Shown here: piece after piece, positions 18,193 through 27,300 of the stretch
Numbering within the stretch: the first letter of the stretch is position 1
Layout of the letters: each line of letters opens with the position of its first letter
From: a virus
Lineage: Duplodnaviria; Caudoviricetes
Reading direction: 5' to 3' (one strand)
IMG/VR virus record: IMGVR_UViG_3300035182_001315
DNA: 64,000 nucleotides
Translations under genes and position numbers: made by a program
Notes under the pieces: model-generated
Seen by the model: the letters and a program-made list of their open reading frames with translations, nothing else
Databases searched by the model: none
What the model was told of the DNA's origin: nothing

Positions 18193-18352
18193 TATTGGAT
18201 AGGGTTTCCAATAAATATGTAATTTAATGCCAAAATTGTGTAAACTTACCCGAAACTTATTGATTGTAAATAAGTCATTTATAATACCTTGAAAATCAAC
18301 ATTAAAATTAGATTAAAACTGTTAAAAAATATGTGTTTATTTATAAACAGAC

Positions 18353-18733
18353 TTAGTAGTTTCCACCTATAAGAATATCGTCTTGGATAATTGAGTTGTT
18401 TGCGGTTATTGTTCGTTGGTTACCGTCAGAGTCCAGACCCAAATCCAAGCTGGGTGTTTTCACATAATTGGTAGAGGTCCAGTATGAAGTTGTGCCGCTG
18501 ACAGTATTAAGGTCACGGAATCTTTTGACTGGGGTACCGATGGTATAAATGCCATCATCTTTAGGAACAAGGTTAGAAGAAAAAATAGTAGAACCGCTTT
18601 CCATTACGAACATAGGTTCACCATCACAGTTGAACAATGCGTTGGTGTAAACACCAGTACATGCCGTCCATGTTGCGCTCTCGCCGGTTAAGAAAAGAGG
18701 CTCTATAATGAAGGTCTCATTTACTATACTCAT
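18353..18733 (-). CDS. Small tail-fibre-related structural protein
   Basis: 126 aa: NLVPKDDGIYTIGTPVKRF fibre-like motif, C-terminal IGGNY similar to the DGGVY end of the neighbouring fibre. Confidence 0.55.
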   Translation of the reverse strand: MSIVNETFIIEPLFLTGESATWTACTGVYTNALFNCDGEPMFVMESGSTIFSSNLVPKDDGIYTIGTPVKRFRDLNTVSGTTSYWTSTNYVKTPSLDLGLDSDGNQRTITANNSIIQDDILIGGNY

Positions 18734-19782
18734 AGTGTATTACCAATTAATTGAAAGGTGCCTGTTGTTATATTCGCTTTTGTTACACTGATATTTACTA
18801 CATCACCCTGCTGAATAACCAATGGAACGCCCATTACCAATCCATCAAAAACCGTATTATTGTTTATGTTAATGATGATTCTTGATATATCAACCACGTT
18901 TATCAAGCCGGTGAAGGTGATAGCATATGCTGCGGTGAAGCTGAAGTCTGGGTCAGACCTTGGTTTAAATACGATGGTATATGTAGCGGTATTTCCTTTA
19001 ACAACTGGGTCAAAGATTACATTATGAAAACGCTTATTTTCATCCAATTCAATAAATGCCATACCACGGTTAATTGTTGGAACAACTTCAAAATCCTCTT
19101 CATCCAAGATATAACCCAAAAGAGTCATCTCGAATTGTTGAACATAGAATCTACGATTTTCAAAATCATCAATATTGCTTTCGTCGCTGATGCTTTCCAA
19201 ATGGACCGGCATAGGATGACCATTTACTCCAATATAAGCCTGTCTTGATTGAAAGGTTTTGTGAATCTTACTGTTAAATCTGTTCAAGTCCTTCATTCTG
19301 CCGGTGAAAAGTCTTACTTCATAGGTAATATCAACACTGGTCGGCTGAGGGATTTTATAAAGGTCAACACCCTTTCTTGCACCATCGAAGGTTGGTACTT
19401 TCATGTAAGTATAGGTACGATTACCGGGAATGTTCCAAAGACCCGCTTGGTTTTGACCCACCTGAATGTCAGGTTGTCTAACCACGGTTATGAAAGGCAT
19501 CTTTATGTCTTCGTATTCTGATTCGTCGAACTTCCATGTCTTGGTGAACTCAGTCCATCTTTGAATGGTAAGGAAAAATACAGGAATCTTTCGGCCATCA
19601 AGGGTTATGCTCAGCTCATTCTTCACGAATTCAACAAAGCTCAGGTCCATATCCTCTTCAGAAACGCCCCTTGGCAAAAAGGTTCCCTTATCAGCAATTC
19701 CATCAAGGATTTCCTGTCTACGTGGAACACCAATCTTACTTGGGTGAATATTTATGTCGTTTCTAAAGCCCTTTGGTACCAT
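18730..19782 (-). CDS. Tail terminator / sheath stabiliser (T4 gp15-like)
   Basis: KMPFITVVR, IPQPTSVDITYEVRLFTGRMKDLN motifs; sits in the neck/tail gene context. Confidence 0.65.
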   Translation of the reverse strand: MVPKGFRNDINIHPSKIGVPRRQEILDGIADKGTFLPRGVSEEDMDLSFVEFVKNELSITLDGRKIPVFFLTIQRWTEFTKTWKFDESEYEDIKMPFITVVRQPDIQVGQNQAGLWNIPGNRTYTYMKVPTFDGARKGVDLYKIPQPTSVDITYEVRLFTGRMKDLNRFNSKIHKTFQSRQAYIGVNGHPMPVHLESISDESNIDDFENRRFYVQQFEMTLLGYILDEEDFEVVPTINRGMAFIELDENKRFHNVIFDPVVKGNTATYTIVFKPRSDPDFSFTAAYAITFTGLINVVDISRIIININNNTVFDGLVMGVPLVIQQGDVVNISVTKANITTGTFQLIGNTL

Positions 19783-19783
19783 T

Positions 19784-20386
19784 TTATATTATTTTATTGC
19801 TTTTCTTTAAATTATCCTCACCCCATAACGGCTGCAAATTGCTTAATGCGTTTACAACACTCGGATGAGCACCTACATCAAATCTTGAAACCGGATATAT
19901 ATGGTCAATATGCCAATCACCATGATTTTCCCAAGTCATGCCTTCAACGAAAAGAGTTGAGATATAAATTTTGAGTTCGAGAGCTGAATAACCAAGTAAT
20001 TTATCGGTTGTTCCCTCTTTTTTTCTACCCATTCTACTTAAACAGTTGTTTAATAATCCTCTCCATTTATCATAAATTGTTAACTTTCTTGTTAATCTTC
20101 GTTGTTTCTTACCCTTTTCACTTTTATTATAACTTGTTATCGCCGTAATTCTATTCTGACTTTGGTTCCTTAATCGGTCGTATTCTTTTAATTCGGTCGA
20201 TTTTGTATTTCTGTAATTCTTCTGATATTCCGTCACTTTTCCGACATTATTTTGAAAATAAGTCTTTTTTCGTTCTTTGATACCCTCAGGATTTGCGTCA
20301 CGATAAACCTTAACTTTAGCGCAAATTTTTACCTTATTTGCCAAGTAGTATTGTCTATTCATCTCTTTTTTCTCTTCCGGGGTCAT
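19784..20386 (-). mobile_element. Free-standing HNH homing endonuclease
   Basis: C-terminal WHIDHIYPVS...NALSNLQPLWGEDNLKKSNK; Lys/Arg/Tyr-rich helical N-terminus. Confidence 0.8.
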
Positions 20387-20396
20387 GTGTTAATTT

Positions 20397-20918
20397 TTAG
20401 ATTCCTCTGAACTCTGATGAGTCAACCGGCGCACAGATTACGGTTCTGAATGCACCCTTATAACCCACAATTGTGTGTTTGTTATCCCAGTTCTTTTTAC
20501 CGTCATTTACAACGCTAAAGAACCTCATTTCCTTCTCCGTAACCGCATATCCTACATAATCACCGTATCTTATATCTACCTCTTCCTCAGCCAGCTGTGC
20601 TACATAGATTGCGAAGGTAAACTGCCCATCCTGTAAATATCTCCCAGTACCGTTATCGTTGTAAACCTTGTTTTCCGGCTCAGCATGAATCGGAACAACC
20701 TTCAACTCTATAGGCGGCATCCAGCGGATGCCATCTTTCACCGCTTCACCGTAAAGGTCATCAAATTGGCTCATTTGACGGTCTACACGGTAAAGGACTA
20801 TGGTAAAGTTTCCGTCACCTTCAATAGCTTCACGGCCCATTTGGATGTCCAAATTGAAATCTTCCTCTCCGAAGAACTTGTTGCTACGATTGATTGGGGT
20901 GATTTTAGGTGTTGCCAT
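20397..20918 (-). CDS. Neck / head-closure protein (T4 gp14-like)
   Basis: KFFGEEDFNLDIQMGREAIE, DDLYGEA, GDYVGY. Adjacent to the gp15-like gene; ATATTTAT at 20931-20938. Confidence 0.6.
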   Translation of the reverse strand: MATPKITPINRSNKFFGEEDFNLDIQMGREAIEGDGNFTIVLYRVDRQMSQFDDLYGEAVKDGIRWMPPIELKVVPIHAEPENKVYNDNGTGRYLQDGQFTFAIYVAQLAEEEVDIRYGDYVGYAVTEKEMRFFSVVNDGKKNWDNKHTIVGYKGAFRTVICAPVDSSEFRGI

Positions 20919-21029
20919 TGCGCTTTATTGATAAATATTTGAAGAAGCAAGAATATTCCAAAAGACTTGATTTTATTTGAAAATTCGTTATATTAATGCA
21001 TAATTATCCATTTAACAAACACACTGATT

Positions 21030-22871
21030 TTGATTAGATTAGAAGACATAATGGGCCACTCAGTAACCAGCTTGTTAGAAGCTTACAAGGGTATCAATCC
21101 GTACTTGAAAAAGTTGCGCAACGATTACTTGAAGAATAACAAGATTCAACTGACCGATACCCAGATAAAATACATACAAGACAACCATGAGCGTGAACCA
21201 ATGCTCATTAACCGTGTTGTGAAGATTACTCCCTACCTTGGCGAAGAACTTCAGAAGAAATATGAATTAAAGTTTCAACCTGAAAAAATTCTTATTGAAT
21301 ACATGTTGGCTGAAAACGAAAAGGCTTACCACATCTATGGCAAGCTTAAGCGTAATCAAGTCGAATCCTCTATGTACTGGGTTCCAAAGACTCAAGTTTT
21401 GGATGACCCTTACTTCGAGGAAATTAACATGGATGTTGATTTCGATAAATATAATGATATCCTTGCCAAGTTCGGAAAGAAGCTTTATTCACACCAAGAG
21501 TCTGGACCTAAGTTCCTGCTTGGAAGAAATGGTTGCATACTGGCCGATGATATGGGCCTTGGAAAATCCATGCAATCTATCATTGCTGCATTGGAATCCG
21601 GCGCAGAAAGAATACTTGTTGTTTGTCCAGCATCAGCAAAGATTAACTGGAAAAGAGAAATTGAAGTTTTCTGTAAGGACGTAACTATCATTGATGGCAA
21701 GCGTTGGGATAAAGCAAAGTTTACTATTATCAACTATGATATCCTGAAGAATTTCCATACCCTTCAAGACAAGGATATCAAAAAGGCATTACCTGAAAAT
21801 TTATTGAACCGTCAATTGGTAAACGCAAAGTTTGATTTGGCTATTGTTGATGAAGCGCACAATCTTAGTAATGCAAAGAGTGCCCGTAGCGAAATCATGG
21901 TTGAAGTGCTCGTTAAGCATGCTGTACCAAAGGTTTGGTTACTTACAGGTACACCGATTACCAACAGACCAATCAACTTTTATAATCTTTTGAAATTGAT
22001 AAAGTCTCCATTGGCAAATGATTGGATGTATTACACTCGCAGATATTGTGATGCAAAGAAATTCTTCCGTACACTTAAGAATGGTATGAAGAAACAAATC
22101 TGGCTTACTGATGGTGCATCCAATTTGGATGAGCTTGCGGTTAAGACAAAAAATCTTATTCTTAGAAGACTTAAGAAGGATGTGTTGGATATGCCTGACA
22201 AGATTATCATTCCTTCATACTTGGATTTAACACCGAAGAGCCGCCGTGAATACGAAGACCTTTGGGATGAATACTTATTGAAGAGAGCCATGGCGAAAAA
22301 GAAAGGTGAACCACAAAGAGACCTTGTTGAAATCATCCTTCTTAGAAAGTTTATCGCAATGGAAGCCATACCAGCAACCATTGAACTTGTTGAGAATGCA
22401 ATTGAGCTGGGCAAGAAGGTTATTATCTTCACCAATTTCAGTGATGAGTTGGCTGAGCTTGAAGAACACTTTGGAAACCTTTGTGTCACGCATCATGGTA
22501 GCATGAATGCGAAGGAAAAACAGAAATCTGTTGATGCCTTCCAAGAAAAAGATAAGATTAAGGTATTTATTGGTAACGTGAAATCTGCCGGTGTTGCGAT
22601 TACCCTTACCAAGGCAAATATTGTTGTATTTAACTCATTTGAATGGGTACCGGGGCTTAACGAACAGGCGGAAGACCGTGCTTACAGAATCGGACAGAAC
22701 GATGATGTAACCGTTTACTATCAGATGTTCCTTGAGACAATCTCAACCAGAATGTGGGACACCCTGAGAGCAAAACAAGACGTGATTTCAACCATCATGG
22801 GAGATAAAAAGCTTTCTGAGGAAGAGATTATCGAAATAATGACAGACAAAATGATGGAAGACCATGGTTAG
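21030..22871 (+). CDS. SNF2/SWI2-family (HARP/SMARCAL1-like) helicase
   Basis: ILADDMGLGKS (Walker A), VDEAH (Walker B), LTGTP, LRRLK, QAEDRAYRIGQ. Confidence 0.9.
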   Translation: MIRLEDIMGHSVTSLLEAYKGINPYLKKLRNDYLKNNKIQLTDTQIKYIQDNHEREPMLINRVVKITPYLGEELQKKYELKFQPEKILIEYMLAENEKAYHIYGKLKRNQVESSMYWVPKTQVLDDPYFEEINMDVDFDKYNDILAKFGKKLYSHQESGPKFLLGRNGCILADDMGLGKSMQSIIAALESGAERILVVCPASAKINWKREIEVFCKDVTIIDGKRWDKAKFTIINYDILKNFHTLQDKDIKKALPENLLNRQLVNAKFDLAIVDEAHNLSNAKSARSEIMVEVLVKHAVPKVWLLTGTPITNRPINFYNLLKLIKSPLANDWMYYTRRYCDAKKFFRTLKNGMKKQIWLTDGASNLDELAVKTKNLILRRLKKDVLDMPDKIIIPSYLDLTPKSRREYEDLWDEYLLKRAMAKKKGEPQRDLVEIILLRKFIAMEAIPATIELVENAIELGKKVIIFTNFSDELAELEEHFGNLCVTHHGSMNAKEKQKSVDAFQEKDKIKVFIGNVKSAGVAITLTKANIVVFNSFEWVPGLNEQAEDRAYRIGQNDDVTVYYQMFLETISTRMWDTLRAKQDVISTIMGDKKLSEEEIIEIMTDKMMEDHG

Positions 22872-23118
22872 ACTTTATACAATTGAAAACTGCCCATACT
22901 GCACCGAATTGAAGGAAATCTTCAACAACGAAGGGGTGGAATTCGTCGAAGTTGACGTAAATAAGCCTGAAAATCAGGAAGAATATAAGAAAGTTTTCGA
23001 AATTACCAAATCGGACGATGTGCCGATGATAAAGGTAGACAAAAGGCTTTTGGTAGCCAATGTTTCGTTTTTTAGCATTAGGGAAGCCGCCGACCTAACC
23101 AAGAAGTTTTTGGTTTAA
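22864..23118 (+). CDS. Glutaredoxin
   Basis: LYTIENCPYC active site, DVP cis-Pro motif, 84 aa. Confidence 0.9.
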   Translation: MVRLYTIENCPYCTELKEIFNNEGVEFVEVDVNKPENQEEYKKVFEITKSDDVPMIKVDKRLLVANVSFFSIREAADLTKKFLV

Positions 23119-23154
23119 TTGCGTATTTTCTAATATTTATAAGAAAACGAACTT

Positions 23155-24303
23155 ATGCCAATACCAGATGCAGACAGAGACAAACTTTTCTTACAATTCA
23201 GACACTCTATGGGTTCTCCTATCCGTGCCGTTGAGTTGGAAGACGAACAGTTGTGTACTCTTTTAGAAGTTGCCACAGACAGGTACGCCCAGTACGTGCA
23301 GGAATGGCTTGTTGAAAACCAATGGATGTCCCTTTATGGAAAGAACATCTCAACCACAGATATGGCCTTCGCTCTTAGCGTTAGGTCTCTGGATTACGTT
23401 AATCAATTCACATACGCATACTCAAAACAAGTCGGTCTTCAGACCAGAGGTCCATGGGAACTCAAAAAAGACTTTGTAACGCTTGAAGCCGGAAGACAGG
23501 TTTATCAAATTCCTGCTGGCCGTGAAATCAATGAAGTACTTTGGCTTACACCAACAGCTATAAATGCTGCTCTTCTTGCAAACTTCTCTGGAGTCGATTA
23601 CGGCTTCGGTGGTGGCTTCGCACAGACAGGTGGTGGATTTGGTGGTGCCGGTGGTGTTGGTGGCCGTCAGGGTTACTATATTGCCCCAGCTTTCGATGTA
23701 TTGCTTACAGCACAAGACATGAACCTTAAGAACAGAATTGTGAGAAGCGAATTGGTTTATAAGGTAACCGCAGGCCCAGACGGAACAAGACTTTTGCACT
23801 TGCTTTCTACTCCGGGGTCTAAGCTTTCTTTCGGTAACGGTATTGGACCGAATGCTGCTGGTGAATCTATTGGAATCGCCGGTTGTCAAGTTTGGTATCA
23901 CTATTATGATACAACACCAGCTAACGTTGACCAGTGTAAAAAAGACAATCCAGATATCATTCTCCTTCCAAATCAGGTTCCACTTGGAGAACTGAACTTT
24001 GCAACATTCAACGCACCAACAAAGACACTTATCAGACAGATATTTTTTGGCGAAGCTAAAAGAGCCTTGGCCAGAGTAAGAGGAAAGTTTGGTGGTATTG
24101 TTGGACCGCCTGAAGCAGAAAGAACAATGGATTACGAATCATTGTTGACTGAAGGTAACGAAGAAATCAACGCAGCTTTGCAGAGATTGGATGAAAGACT
24201 TCTTAGATTATCTACAGTAAGTCAGTTAGAAAGAGCGGCAAACGAAGCTGAGTATCTTAACAGAGCACTTAAATTACAACCATTAGGATTTTGGGTATAT
24301 TAA
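23155..24303 (+). CDS. Neck protein / head-tail adaptor (T4 gp13-like)
   Basis: GSPIRAVELEDEQL at the N-terminus, LARVRGKFGGI and EGNEE at the C-terminus, Gly-rich loop; ATATTTAT at 23133-23140. Confidence 0.7.
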   Translation: MPIPDADRDKLFLQFRHSMGSPIRAVELEDEQLCTLLEVATDRYAQYVQEWLVENQWMSLYGKNISTTDMAFALSVRSLDYVNQFTYAYSKQVGLQTRGPWELKKDFVTLEAGRQVYQIPAGREINEVLWLTPTAINAALLANFSGVDYGFGGGFAQTGGGFGGAGGVGGRQGYYIAPAFDVLLTAQDMNLKNRIVRSELVYKVTAGPDGTRLLHLLSTPGSKLSFGNGIGPNAAGESIGIAGCQVWYHYYDTTPANVDQCKKDNPDIILLPNQVPLGELNFATFNAPTKTLIRQIFFGEAKRALARVRGKFGGIVGPPEAERTMDYESLLTEGNEEINAALQRLDERLLRLSTVSQLERAANEAEYLNRALKLQPLGFWVY

Positions 24304-24338
24304 TAAAAAAAGGAAGCATTACAGCTTCCTTTTTTATT
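24302..24338. terminator. Bidirectional terminator between the neck gene and DNA polymerase
   Basis: AATAAAAAAAGGAAGC-ATTACA-GCTTCCTTTTTTATT. Confidence 0.8.
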
Positions 24339-27300
24339 TAGAAATTAAATCCGTCTTCGTTTAACTTCAGTGTGGTTTTCATAGTCTGTACCTTTTTAGC
24401 AGCCTCTTGCAAAACAAACGGTTTAGGTGGTTCTGGTGGTGCTTGATGTACTATTTCTTTTGTCTTTAGCTTCTCAGAAACCTGTGAAAGCAAGACGTTC
24501 TGTGTCTTTCTGATAACTTCCTGTTCTACTACGAATGATGCCTTTTGCAACTCAGGAATAAAGTCATCTATTTCATCCTTAACTTCATCTTCGTCGTCGT
24601 CATCATCTTCGTCTTCATCCTTATCTACCGTCCTTGGAATATACATGCTGTTTTCCTTTTCGGTAATTCTTTCCTGCACCTTAGAAATTGCTGTTTTAAG
24701 CGTTTTCTCAGAGATAACAGTTTCAGTTTGGCCGGTGATGGTCATTACTTCTTCCTGAATCTTATGAGCAATCCATGCTTCATACTTATCCTTGGTAACA
24801 CCAGACTGCTGGTACCAGAATTGTCTGTCATTGGCATCCGCTTCATACTTGAAAATTTCATCTATTGGACACAACACAGCATCCCACTTCCTTGAAACGA
24901 AGTTACCATCTTCATCAACCGTAGCGATGACAATAACTTCATCGGGAATGGCCTGAGTCTTTTCAATCCTTCTGATATCTTCAGCTTCAAGACGCTTGAA
25001 TATGTTATCCAGCTTTTCCTGTTCGTAAATGATACCATCGATTTTTTCCTGAGCCTTTCTTATATGATAATCCGCACGTACCCTATTCCACTCAGCTTCT
25101 TCCATATTGTTTGGAACCTTGTTCACCTTATCCCAGAACTTTATTTCCTTGTCTTCCATGGTCATCAGTTCTTCGTAAGTATCTTGGTCACCATCTTCAT
25201 TCGGCATACCAGAAACCAATTGACATTGAACTTCAGTAAAGATGTTCTTGTCATCCAGTTTTTCCAGTTTTGTCTTTTTGTCCTTCTTGATGGTCAAAAG
25301 AATCTTGCTTCTGATGTCGGTGTGAAAACATACCAACAACGGCTTAACCTTTTTGTTGAAAGCTTCAAGATACTTGGCAACGTTATATTCTTCGGTTGCT
25401 AATTTCTCTTCCATTTCAGCAATCTTCTCTTCAATTTCTGATATTTGCTGAGTTTCTGTTCTGTCGATATCAATAAGCATCTTCTTCAGAGAATCCATCT
25501 CACGAATCATTTCCATGTCGTTCTCAACAATCCCCGGTTCAATCAAACGGCAGTTCAATTGAACTTCAGTTGTACCGTTCTCCATCTTCACAGATTTCAA
25601 ATCACCATGAGATTTCAATTTACCAGTGTTCACGTAGTAAAGCGTATCACCAAGACCAACATCAATACCAGCCCTTAAAGCCAATTCCATGTGGGCCTGT
25701 TTAGGCATAGGGTTACCAGCTTTGTTCTTTTTGGTTGCTCTCTTGCGATAATCAGAAAGAGTTGACTTAACCTTTGACTTTGATGCAATCTTAACCAAAG
25801 GAATGTTATGATTGTAGATTTTATCTACGTAGTCTTGGTAGTAAGTAATAAAAGATTTTCCGTCACCATCCAAAAGCATACGAATAGCTTTGGCAAGGAA
25901 ATCCTCGATGTATACCGGCATTTTTTTAGACTTGATAGAGTTACCTACCAGCTTAATCTTACCGCCGATATCATTGGCGTAGTTCTTTCTTGAGAAGTTT
26001 ATTGTTGAGTTACATACGTCATCGATATCCAGACCCATACGGCCAATCATGTATTCCTCGTTAAATTCAGCAAGGACAGCTTCAAGACCCACCAGCTCTT
26101 TATCAGCATTCTTTTCTGTTTTCCAGTGCGAACCCTTTGCCACATAACGAACCTCATCAATGTTATCTGGGAATGCGAAGTTAAAACCATCCGTATTTTT
26201 TAGAATCATACCGCCAATACCACCAACAAACGTTCCATCTTCTGTAGATATATCATATACAAATTTATTTTTATCTCTATTGGCAACCGGATTATTTAAC
26301 CATACTTCATTAGTTTTCATCTGGGTTGTTTCTGTGAATTCTGAATTGTTTCGATTCCTATTCCGTAACTTAAAAGAAATGAAATTTTCTTTATCCTTTC
26401 GGAGTTTTAATTTGTACCCCATGTTGATTCCACAACCTTTCAAAAGATAACTAATCCCAGCCATAGCAACCTGCGACTTCATTCCGATATCTGAAACATT
26501 TTCTAAATCATTACCGTAACCATCTGAAGCACAAACACCATTCATAAATGCTCTTTTATTCACATCAGAAGTATTCAATACAATACTCGGAATCATCTTT
26601 TCTCGATAGCTTGTATAAAATTGTTCTGAAAACCATTTACTGAAACCGGTATCACACACAACCAGATTATAGACATTACTGCTTTTCATATGATTCTTAA
26701 CCGAAGCTTTAACATCTGGAAAATTAACTTCAATAATTTTCTTAAGCCGTTCAAGAAATTCTGTGTTCTGATTGGATATCTTCCACTCAGCCCTTATACC
26801 CTTATTGGTATTTATTTTACCCGTTTTTCTGGATTTGTAATACTGTTTTCTCGGACCATATACTGAAGACCCATCACCCAAGAAAAATCCGTATAACCAA
26901 AATAAGTCTTCATTATCAGATACTCGATTACACGTATATATCGGATATTCGTAGATATCAATTTTATCATGCCGTATAAGATTTGAAGGTTTAACCTGTT
27001 TTTGGTCTTGAAATAGGGAATGGTCTTCCGTTACACACACCATTCTGTCCTTGGTTGAAACCCTGTGTATTGTCTTATCAGTTTCATGTCGATAAACATA
27101 ATTTATACCCTTCCATCCGTTAGCAGTAAGCACCAGATAAGGTTTTTTATTGTAATCTCTTAATCCTTCTTCGTCCAATAACTCAGCTTTAGAGTCAAAC
27201 AAGTCACAGATTGGCCTTATTTCAATTTGTTTCGTTTTATTATTGAGTAAATATATAGGAGTATCAAAAACGACACTATCACCAACCAAAGCTTTAAAGC

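Noticed and set aside
18193-18352. tRNA or structured ncRNA in the largest intergenic gap
   Set aside because: AT-rich with no cloverleaf or stable stem visible; it contains only promoter-like elements.
15123-20396. Group I introns housing the GIY-YIG and HNH genes
   Set aside because: Flanking genes have intact termini and the intergenic gaps are too short for an intron core. No covariance search was run.
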